Shown in pieces: positions 56,807 through 64,000 of a stretch of DNA of 64,000 nucleotides (position 1 is the stretch's first letter; each line of letters opens with the position of its first letter). The stretch comes from Edaphobacter sp. (GTDB lineage: Bacteria > Acidobacteriota > Terriglobia > Terriglobales > Acidobacteriaceae). The notes under the pieces were generated by a model that had not been told where the DNA came from, searched no databases, and saw only the letters and a list, made by a program, of their open reading frames with translations. The stretch is from the NCBI GenBank assembly GCA_025462755.1, contig JAOAPF010000265.1:20162-84161 (forward strand), given 5' to 3'. The position numbers and the translations under genes were made by a program.

Positions 56807-57283
56807 TTATTTGCTATACATAGGCGGATCGCCCAAACTACCCGCAGGCGGAAGGTGACGGATAAAGAGAACCATCGACCATATTTCGTCGTCGCTGAGA
56901 ATTCCTTTAGACGCTGGCATTCCTGATGGCTCAATCCCGTTGTCGATCACCCATTTCAGCTGGCCATCGGTATAGGACTGGACCTCGGAGGAGTTGAGCG
57001 ATGGAACCGGAGGAGACATACTCTCCGCGAAAGGCACGCCTGTATTCTGACCATCCATTCCATGACAGGCCACGCAGTAGTGCGAAAAGGCCTCTTTCCC
57101 CGATCCAATATTGTTCGCGGTCGGAGGAAGCGGATTCCTTTCCGATCTATTTCGTACCGACACCGTATGTTTGGTCCATCCCATTACGCTGCGTTCCACC
57201 TTGCTCGGCGAGCTTGCCCTACACCCCGCCAACACCGACATAAAAACCAATGCCGAGGCTAGGCAAAGTCGTCGCATAGTCAC
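56807..57283 (-). CDS. Monoheme cytochrome c lipoprotein
   Basis: Lipobox VLAGC, CVACH, G.L.W.I.NGI..SGMP, IW.MV.FIR. Confidence 0.88.
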   Translation of the reverse strand: MTMRRLCLASALVFMSVLAGCRASSPSKVERSVMGWTKHTVSVRNRSERNPLPPTANNIGSGKEAFSHYCVACHGMDGQNTGVPFAESMSPPVPSLNSSEVQSYTDGQLKWVIDNGIEPSGMPASKGILSDDEIWSMVLFIRHLPPAGSLGDPPMYSK

Positions 57284-57648
57284 TCCGTCACGTGAAGCGT
57301 GAAAGTCATCGAACCATGCCCCGAACCGCAGAACACAGAACAGTGCCCCACGAAATCGCCTGCCTGGTCAGGTGTAAAGGCAAGCTCCGACGGTTTACCC
57401 TTTTCGACCTTCGCGTTCAGGTTCAGTTCCTTGAATTTTAATCCGTGAGCAACATCTTCGGTCGTCAATATGAGAACGACTGGCTCGCCCTTTTTCACAG
57501 TTATCTCTGCCGGAGTGTACGCAAACTTCTTTACCGACACCTCAATTCGCCGGGGAGCGTCTGGAGCCGGAGAAAGTCCAGAGAGTGCCAGCGAGCACAT
57601 GGCTAAACAGCCAAGGAGGATAGTTTTCGCGAGAAGCCCTGATTTCAT
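57280..57648 (-). CDS. Small exported cupredoxin with CuA motif (COX2-like soluble domain)
   Basis: Signal peptide; DVAHG and HCSVFCGSGHGSM (H...CxxxCxxxHxxM). Confidence 0.85.
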   Translation of the reverse strand: MKSGLLAKTILLGCLAMCSLALSGLSPAPDAPRRIEVSVKKFAYTPAEITVKKGEPVVLILTTEDVAHGLKFKELNLNAKVEKGKPSELAFTPDQAGDFVGHCSVFCGSGHGSMTFTLHVTE

Positions 57649-57883
57649 TGCCACAACCTTTCGTGAATTGGAAATTCATTTTCGTAGTCCGCATCCCCTC
57701 GTACTTCGGGAGACACTCCATCTGTGATGTTGTCCGCGCCTTCGGTCTAGCCTCTCAAGACTGAAGATGATTTAACGACGGCCTTCCACACAACCAAAAC
57801 AACCCACTTCGTATTTTTTGATCTGTCTGCGTCTACGCATACTCAACTTAGTGGAGTGCGTCGGGCTTGTTGTCATCACCCAA

Positions 57884-57899
57884 TGTGACGTTTGTCACT
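57884..57899. promoter_or_regulatory. Palindromic regulator site TGTGACGTTTGTCACT
   Basis: Fits TGTGA-N6-TCAC (CRP/FNR-like); its core also matches the 42791-42804 palindrome at 11/14 positions. Confidence 0.5.
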
Positions 57900-57935
57900 T
57901 CTTTGTAAAAGCGACTGTGCCGACTTATTGTTGTC

Positions 57936-58325
57936 TCAAGCTTCAAGCAACGCCGGGATCAGCGACGAAACCAATTCCTCTACCTGGACATTGCGGGCGA
58001 CGAACCCGAAGAGTTCCGACCTCTCGAGGTCGTGAATGAGGATCGTCCCCGTTCCCAGGTACAAGGCCCGAATCGCTCCATCACAGACGATTGCTATGTA
58101 CGACCTATCCACCGGACCCGCCATATCTCGAATCAACCTACAGAGTAGGCCCCCTGTCCGGTTATCCTGAAGCTGGACAAGACCGGCCTGACGGACACCC
58201 AGCGCGATATCCAAATCGTTTGACTCGACCAATAGTCGATTTGGACCACGGCATTCGCTGAAGACATACGGCGTAGGAAGGAAGCGTCGGAGCAGGTCGG
58301 GGTGCCAGCACGGGTCGTTTGTCAT
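57936..58325 (-). CDS. Hypothetical protein translationally coupled to the HPr-kinase-like gene
   Basis: ATG 58325 overlaps the upstream TGA (ATGA); 129 aa, MTNDPCWHPDLLRRFLPTP...VESND...; no P-loop. Confidence 0.65.
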   Translation of the reverse strand: MTNDPCWHPDLLRRFLPTPYVFSECRGPNRLLVESNDLDIALGVRQAGLVQLQDNRTGGLLCRLIRDMAGPVDRSYIAIVCDGAIRALYLGTGTILIHDLERSELFGFVARNVQVEELVSSLIPALLEA

Positions 58326-59302
58326 ACGTAGATCTCCTGCTTGCGATGGACGACGAAGCGTCGTAGCTCTGTTGCTGCGAATTGCGGCGTGCCGCCATAT
58401 CGAAAGCGCCAACTGGGCAGCCGGGCTACCTGTTCGATCGTCTGTTCTCGCATCGCAACGGCTTCGCGCAATTGTGGAGGCAATCTTTCGACGCTGGAAT
58501 TGAGGTAGCTTCGTGCCTCCGCAGACGGCATGGGCGTGAAGTCCGCTCCTCCTTCCCGTGTCCTCTCCAAAAAAATCAGCCATCGCGGCTCACACGCCCG
58601 CTCTACCCGAGCGCCAAACGCCTCCGCGATATCCACCTCGTACGCCAACTCGCCATTCATCGACTTCCGTAACCTATATCCCAGTAAGGTGCGAAAGTGT
58701 TCTACTGCATCGGGCAAAAGCTTCACCGGCGCCGACGTTCCATGGGCCACGATCCCATCATGACGCCGGGATATGTAAGTCCAGTCATCAGAGACATAGT
58801 TGAAACCGCCCTCTGAAAGGGCAACGGACAAAGTGGACTTCCCCGCTCCGGACACTCCGGCAATCAATAAACCATCGCCATCCAACTCCAGGCAGGCGCA
58901 ATGTACCGGAACCAGACCCATTGCGGAGCCGAGAACACCAAGCGAAATCGGTATCAGCTTTTCCCTCCAGAAACGATCATCTCGCGCGATCGCCGCCGAG
59001 ACGCTTGCACTAAGAGTGCGTCGCAGGATATCAAACACAAACAGATTTGAGCTTCCGAAGGATGCTGTCACGACGTGGTGCAACCCGCGAAAATGAGGCT
59101 CCCCCGCAGCTTCGTCTGATGATTCGTTCACGAGAACCCGCATTCTAAATCCGCTTGACACAGGGTCACCTGTCGAAATTGATAGACCTTGGAGCGCTCT
59201 GGCCAGCTCAGAAGAATTTGTACGCAAGTCACAGGCGGCTCCTGCAAAGCATAGCTGCTTCGAGCAGTGCAGATCGATTTGGTCAATGGAGATAAGCGAC
59301 AT
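58322..59302 (-). CDS. HPr kinase-related P-loop kinase
   Basis: VHCACL, Walker A GVSGAGKSTL, YVSDDW signature; ATG 59302 after GGGAG. Confidence 0.8.
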   Translation of the reverse strand: MSLISIDQIDLHCSKQLCFAGAACDLRTNSSELARALQGLSISTGDPVSSGFRMRVLVNESSDEAAGEPHFRGLHHVVTASFGSSNLFVFDILRRTLSASVSAAIARDDRFWREKLIPISLGVLGSAMGLVPVHCACLELDGDGLLIAGVSGAGKSTLSVALSEGGFNYVSDDWTYISRRHDGIVAHGTSAPVKLLPDAVEHFRTLLGYRLRKSMNGELAYEVDIAEAFGARVERACEPRWLIFLERTREGGADFTPMPSAEARSYLNSSVERLPPQLREAVAMREQTIEQVARLPSWRFRYGGTPQFAATELRRFVVHRKQEIYV

Positions 59303-59443
59303 GGAAACTCCCATTAGGTCTCACTCTAACGCAAGAAATTTGGCAATTTCGGCGGCAATGAAAAACTTTACAAACCGCTGACACCGCCATGACAAATGCT
59401 CTGGCGGCAAGTCATATTGTCCTCAATAAGCGAGGAGATTGCA

Positions 59444-60961
59444 GTGCCCAGGTCCCGCAAAATCGTCTTCTTTTTCCCATCCTTCGCAAGCTCAGATGCG
59501 ACGGCGCCGTTAGGAATTTTGGCTGTAGCCACTCCGTTGATACGCGCCGGATACCAGATTGTTCTCATCGACTCCACCATTACTCCCGACTACAAAAAGC
59601 GCGTCCTCGAAGAAACCCGCGATGCTTTATGCCTTGGTATCTCTCTGGTCACTGGCCCGATGATTCGAGAGACGGTAGAGATCGCGAAGGCCATCAAAGC
59701 ATGGAACCCAGACTTCCCGATCGTTCTCGGCGGGTGGCATCCTTCGCTCCTCCCCACCCAGACACTTCAAGCACCGTACATCGACTACGTCGTCCGTGGG
59801 CAAGGCGAAGAGTCGTTCCTTGAACTTGTAGTCCACATCGAAAATCGCTCCGCGCCGGACTTCGTTGCGGGTATCGGCTTCAAACGCGACAACAAGCTCG
59901 TCTTCACGCCCGAGCGTGGACTCAGACCCATCGCAGATCTGCCACCGAAGGCCTATCATCTCGCTGACTTCGACGCCTATCAGCGCGTGTGCGGTAAGCG
60001 CTGGGCGATGTACACCTCCAGCCTCGCCTGTCCGTTCGACTGTGCTTACTGCACCAATGGTGCGGTTTACAAGAGGAAATGGAACGCCCTGTCCCCGGAA
60101 CAGTTTGTCGAGGAGACCGTAGATCTCAGCCGCAGATACAACCTGGAGATGCTATGGGTGGTTGATGATAACTTCCTCGTCGATCTCGACCGTGCACGTG
60201 CAATCGGAGAAGGGCTCGTTCGTGCCGGCGCGGAGTTTCAATGGAGCATCCAGGCAACAACGAATCTCACGTCGCGCCTCTCGCTTGAAGATTTGAAGCT
60301 TTTGCGCCGCGCTGGCCTGCACCAGATCTGTCAAGGCGTGGACTCCGGCTCGCCGAAGATCCTGAAGGCGATGAACAAGACCTTTCAGAATTTTGACGAC
60401 ATTTACGAGAGCGCTGCACGTTGTCTATCTGCAGGTATGCGCCCTTCGTTCAATATCATCTTCGCCTATCCCGGCGAAGGCCCTACGGAGCGCCGTGAAA
60501 CCATGGCATTCATTATGGACGTGTGCCGGCGTTTTCCTGGCACCGAATTCTGGACCAATATCTTTACTCCCTATCCCGGGACAAACGTAATGAACCGGGC
60601 CGAGGAACTCGGCATTGAAGCTCCCACTTCCTTCGAAAAATGGGCTGAGTTCTTTCCGCGCTATACCAAACTCCCCTGGCTGAACGGACGAGATCACGAA
60701 GAACTCCAGATCATGCGAGACTACCTGCGTATCGCGTTCGATCGTATCCCAATCGGAGCCGATCGGCGGACTCGCTTCACCCGCCTCGCGCAAAAGTGCA
60801 TCTCGTTCCCCGCCCGCTTCCGCCTCGATCACAGCCTTTACCGTTTCCCAGTTGAGCTTTGGATCAATGACAAGCTCAAGGAGAGGACCGCCGGATACAA
60901 GCCAGTGGTCGACGCGCGGCGACTGGAGCCAAACGCAGAGCCGGTGGAGGCCACATGCTGA
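59444..60961 (+). CDS. B12-binding domain radical SAM protein 1
   Basis: PLGIL, GGWHPS, VVRGQGE, CPFDCAYC, DDNF, GVDSGS, PYPGT; GTG 59444 after GAGGAG. Confidence 0.9.
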   Translation: MPRSRKIVFFFPSFASSDATAPLGILAVATPLIRAGYQIVLIDSTITPDYKKRVLEETRDALCLGISLVTGPMIRETVEIAKAIKAWNPDFPIVLGGWHPSLLPTQTLQAPYIDYVVRGQGEESFLELVVHIENRSAPDFVAGIGFKRDNKLVFTPERGLRPIADLPPKAYHLADFDAYQRVCGKRWAMYTSSLACPFDCAYCTNGAVYKRKWNALSPEQFVEETVDLSRRYNLEMLWVVDDNFLVDLDRARAIGEGLVRAGAEFQWSIQATTNLTSRLSLEDLKLLRRAGLHQICQGVDSGSPKILKAMNKTFQNFDDIYESAARCLSAGMRPSFNIIFAYPGEGPTERRETMAFIMDVCRRFPGTEFWTNIFTPYPGTNVMNRAEELGIEAPTSFEKWAEFFPRYTKLPWLNGRDHEELQIMRDYLRIAFDRIPIGADRRTRFTRLAQKCISFPARFRLDHSLYRFPVELWINDKLKERTAGYKPVVDARRLEPNAEPVEATC

Positions 60962-62457
60962 CACACGGCAAAGTTGTCCTCTTCTATCCACCATACGACG
61001 GGTCCCCGCTGGGAGCACCCCTGTGCCTGCTCGCACTTGCCGCCTCTCTGCGCGAAGCGAACTTCGAGGTCGTGATGATCGACGCCGCAATCGAGCCGGA
61101 ATACATGACACGAATCGAGTGCGAAAGCATCGATGCACTCTGCATCGGCATCTCCGTCCTCACGGGCCCCATGATTCGCGGTGCCATCGAGGTCGCAACG
61201 GCCGTCAAAAGCACCACTCCGTGGCTTCCCGTCATCTTCGGCGGATGGCATCCGTCCCTGTTACCGGACGAGACGCTAAACGAAACTTTCGTCGATATGG
61301 TCGTTCGCGGCCAGGGCGAAATCACCATCGTCGAAGTCGCCCAGGCCCTCTCCCACAAAAAGCCTCTCAACAACATTGCCGGACTTTCATGGAAGAACAA
61401 CGGTCAGCATACTCATAACGTCGACCGCAAAGTAGAACCTCTCGACGCGCTTCCCATTCCGGCCTTCGATCTCACAAACTTCGACGCTTACGAGAAGCTC
61501 TGCGGCATTCGCAAGCTAGCCTATGCCACCAGCGTTGGCTGCCCCTACGCCTGCAACTATTGCACCGACCAGGTCTTCTACAAAAGACGATTCAATGCTC
61601 TCTCTGCCGACCGCGTAGTCTCGGAGATGATCGACCTGGTCACGCGCTACCGCACCGAAGAAGTGGCGCTCCTCGACTCAAACTTCCCCGTTCAGCTGCC
61701 CCGCGCGCTCGAGATCGCCCGCGGCATCCTCGCGGCCGGTGTGAAATTCAAATGGACATTTCAGGCCTCGACCGACTTCCTCTGCCGTATGAGCGAAGAC
61801 GATGTCCGCCTGCTCGGCGCCAGCGGCGTATCGCACATGGGCTTTGGTACAGAGTCAACCTCAGAGTCGGTTCTTAAGCTGATGAACAAGCGTCACCAGC
61901 GGGTCGATGAGATGTATGAAACCGCACGTAAGGCGCAACTCGGCGGCATTCGTGTCACATTCAACCTGATCTTCGGCTATCCCGGAGAGACTGAGGTAGA
62001 CCGCATCATCACTTTCCAAACTATGAGCGACATCGGCCGTCAGTTTTCTAATGTCAGTTTTTCCCCGAACATCTTCACGCCCTATCCGGGGATCCCCATC
62101 TGGCCACAACTCCGCGAAATGGGAGTGCCTGAACCAAAGAGTCTTCGCGAATGGATGGACATGCCCCTTGGGGCGAACATGCTCCCTTGGCTCAAAGGAA
62201 GAGAACTCGCACGCTTGCAGCGAATGCTCAACTATTTTCTATTGAACAACCAGATTGATCGCCGGCACAAGAATCATTCGTTGCTGCGCCGTACAGTTCG
62301 ATTCATCGTCCAGACCCCGATCCGCTGGCGTCTGCGTTCGAGCCGCTACTCCTTTCCGTGGGAGCTCTGGCTCTCCAATCTTTCCGAGCGCATCATCCTG
62401 CGTCGTTCTCTTGTAACAGGCCAGGAGCTTCCCAAGGAGCCTGCCAATGCCTGCTAA
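60955..62457 (+). CDS. B12-binding domain radical SAM protein 2 (paralog of protein 1)
   Basis: PL.LL.LA, GGWHPS, VVRGQGE, CPYACNYC, GTES, FGYPGET, PYPG; overlaps the upstream stop. Confidence 0.9.
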   Translation: MLTHGKVVLFYPPYDGSPLGAPLCLLALAASLREANFEVVMIDAAIEPEYMTRIECESIDALCIGISVLTGPMIRGAIEVATAVKSTTPWLPVIFGGWHPSLLPDETLNETFVDMVVRGQGEITIVEVAQALSHKKPLNNIAGLSWKNNGQHTHNVDRKVEPLDALPIPAFDLTNFDAYEKLCGIRKLAYATSVGCPYACNYCTDQVFYKRRFNALSADRVVSEMIDLVTRYRTEEVALLDSNFPVQLPRALEIARGILAAGVKFKWTFQASTDFLCRMSEDDVRLLGASGVSHMGFGTESTSESVLKLMNKRHQRVDEMYETARKAQLGGIRVTFNLIFGYPGETEVDRIITFQTMSDIGRQFSNVSFSPNIFTPYPGIPIWPQLREMGVPEPKSLREWMDMPLGANMLPWLKGRELARLQRMLNYFLLNNQIDRRHKNHSLLRRTVRFIVQTPIRWRLRSSRYSFPWELWLSNLSERIILRRSLVTGQELPKEPANAC

Positions 62458-62482
62458 CCGAACCAAAGGGAGGAGGTAACCA

Positions 62483-63979
62483 ATGGCCGACGTGCTCCTC
62501 ACACACTCGTACCATCTCCCCTACGACCCAAAGCAGGTACGGAAGATGCAGCCGTATGCGCCGCTCGGCACTCTCTACGCCGCCTCTGCGCTCAGAGCCG
62601 GAGACATCTCCGTCGCCGTCTTCGACACCATGCTTGAAGCTCCCGAACCCGGCTTCGTGGATTCGTTGAAGCGGGTGCGTCCCAGAATCGTCGCCATCTA
62701 TGAGGATGACTTTAACTTCCTCTCGAAAATGTGTCTCACACGAATGCGCGAACTCGCCTGGCAACTGGCTCATGAGGCTCATAAAGCAGGTGCCGTAGTC
62801 ATCGCGCACGGCTCGGACGCGACCGATCAAGCCGAAGCCTACCTCCGCAACGGAATCGACTTCGTTCTTCGCGGTGAAGCCGAACAGACGCTCGTCGAAC
62901 TTTGTTCCGCGATCCTCTCCGGACATCCACACCTTGAAATCCCCGGCCTCGTTTACCTTGATGGCGCGGGCATTCCCGTTCAAAGTGCAGACAGGACGCC
63001 AAAGAACGTATCCTGGAACACCCTTCCCAAACCCGCCCGTGAACTCATCGATCTTGAACCTTACCGTCACGCGTGGACCTCGGCGCACGGTCAGTTCTCC
63101 GCAAATGTCGTCGCCAGTCGTGGATGCCCATATCGCTGCAACTGGTGCGCCAAACCAATCTCAGGAAATAAGTTTCAGATTCGCCCTGCCCGTTCTGTCG
63201 CGGCGGAGATACGCGAGTTGAAAGAGATGTACGGGGTGCAGCATATCTGGTTTGGCGACGACGTCTTCGCTCTCAACCATCATTGGGTCCAGGACTTCGC
63301 CAATGAGATCGAAACAATGCACTGCGCGCTCCCCTTCAAGATTCAGTCGCGAGCCGATCTGATGACCCACACCACGGTAGCCGCGCTCAAACGCGCTGGC
63401 TGCGCCGAAGTATGGATGGGCGTGGAATCCGGCTCACAAAAAATCCTCAACGCGATGGATAAGGGCCTGCGCGTCTCCGATGTCGTGACTGCCCGTTCCC
63501 GCCTCTCTGACGAAAACATTCGTGCATGCTATTTCCTGCAGTTCGGCTACCCTGGAGAGAGCTGGGAGGATATTCAGCAAACGATAGCGCTCGTCCGCAG
63601 CACGCGCCCCGACGACATCGGAATCTCCTTTTCGTACCCACTCCCCGGCACTGTCTTCTACGAGCGGGTACAGGAACAGATCGGCGCCAAACGAAACTGG
63701 ACCGACAGTGACGACCTTTGCGTCATGTTCCGCGCAACCTATAAAGACGAGTTCTACAAAGCGCTGAGAAACGCCCTCCACGGCGAGGTCAACTCATGGA
63801 GAAGCGCCGATTCCTCCGAACCCGCAGAAGCAGACCTTCTCTGGCAGCAAGTCTTTGAGCTAGAACCGAAGATGAGAAATGCGGAGGCGACAACTCTCGC
63901 CAGAAGCGTCTCTAGCGATACCGACGCTCAAGATCTAGTTCCGCTCCACGCATTGGCCGCGGCAGGGAGGCATATTTAG
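62483..63979 (+). CDS. B12-binding domain radical SAM protein 3
   Basis: QPYAPLGTLYAA, GEAE, SRGCPYRCNWC, GDDVF, GVESGSQ..L..M.KG, PLPGT; GGAGG RBS. Confidence 0.9.
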   Translation: MADVLLTHSYHLPYDPKQVRKMQPYAPLGTLYAASALRAGDISVAVFDTMLEAPEPGFVDSLKRVRPRIVAIYEDDFNFLSKMCLTRMRELAWQLAHEAHKAGAVVIAHGSDATDQAEAYLRNGIDFVLRGEAEQTLVELCSAILSGHPHLEIPGLVYLDGAGIPVQSADRTPKNVSWNTLPKPARELIDLEPYRHAWTSAHGQFSANVVASRGCPYRCNWCAKPISGNKFQIRPARSVAAEIRELKEMYGVQHIWFGDDVFALNHHWVQDFANEIETMHCALPFKIQSRADLMTHTTVAALKRAGCAEVWMGVESGSQKILNAMDKGLRVSDVVTARSRLSDENIRACYFLQFGYPGESWEDIQQTIALVRSTRPDDIGISFSYPLPGTVFYERVQEQIGAKRNWTDSDDLCVMFRATYKDEFYKALRNALHGEVNSWRSADSSEPAEADLLWQQVFELEPKMRNAEATTLARSVSSDTDAQDLVPLHALAAAGRHI

Positions 63980-64000
63980 ATGGCAGAGCTCCTTCTCACG
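63980..64000 (+). CDS. Start of probable fourth B12-binding radical SAM protein (truncated by window)
   Basis: ATG directly after the protein-3 stop, GGGAGG RBS; MAELLLT resembles protein 3's MADVLLT. Only 7 codons are visible. Confidence 0.5.

Noticed and set aside
55512-59302. Calling the locus a lasso-peptide cluster
   Set aside because: Kinase and nucleotidyltransferase fit, but no lasso cyclase, B1/PqqD, B2 peptidase or precursor is visible in the window.
59303-59443. Cobalamin riboswitch before the B12 radical SAM genes
   Set aside because: The gap is only ~140 bp, is shared by divergent promoters, and has no recognisable B12 box.
60950-62457. Radical SAM proteins 1 and 2 both end in Cys (EATC, ANAC)
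   Set aside because: The first is forced by the ATGCTGA overlap with the next gene; two cases are too few to imply function.
59444-63979. Assigning bchE or hpnP/hpnJ gene symbols
   Set aside because: Only generic B12/radical SAM motifs are seen, with no bacteriochlorophyll or hopanoid genes in context.

Overview
Gene-dense bacterial DNA with a gene repertoire typical of Acidobacteriaceae: carboxypeptidase-domain TonB-dependent receptors, ASPIC/UnbV with a multiheme-TPR protein, and a long SLBB exporter. The taxonomic call is an inference. 1-18.5 kb is a carbohydrate-utilisation region: two TonB receptors, GH39, GH3 (frameshifted at its signal peptide), GH43, an MFS transporter, an enolase-superfamily sugar-acid dehydratase, an AraD1/FAH protein, a beta-hydroxyacid dehydrogenase, a Tat-like alditol oxidase and a FadR regulator with visible operators. 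18.7-37.4 kb holds a Y_Y_Y sensor kinase/NarL pair, a helically phased TGGT array, a CRTAC1/UnbV + multiheme-TPR + monoheme cytochrome c module (the cytochrome is absent from the ORF track), GH51, and an acid phosphatase + TonB receptor pair. 37.8-42.6 kb is an OmpR/HAMP-kinase/porin-like/cupredoxin operon. 42.9-64 kb is the most unusual part. A NusG-paralog (UpxY-like)-led surface-glycan operon lacks a recognisable Wzy and ends in a GT87-PD40 fusion. It is preceded by an NTP_transf_5 nucleotidyltransferase, a CuA/cytochrome c pair and an HPr-kinase-like gene pair, and is divergently linked to at least three (probably four) tandem B12-binding radical SAM genes that run off the window edge. No rRNA, tRNA, CRISPR array or intact transposase was recognised. 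All family calls come from motif recognition by eye; no database searches were run.
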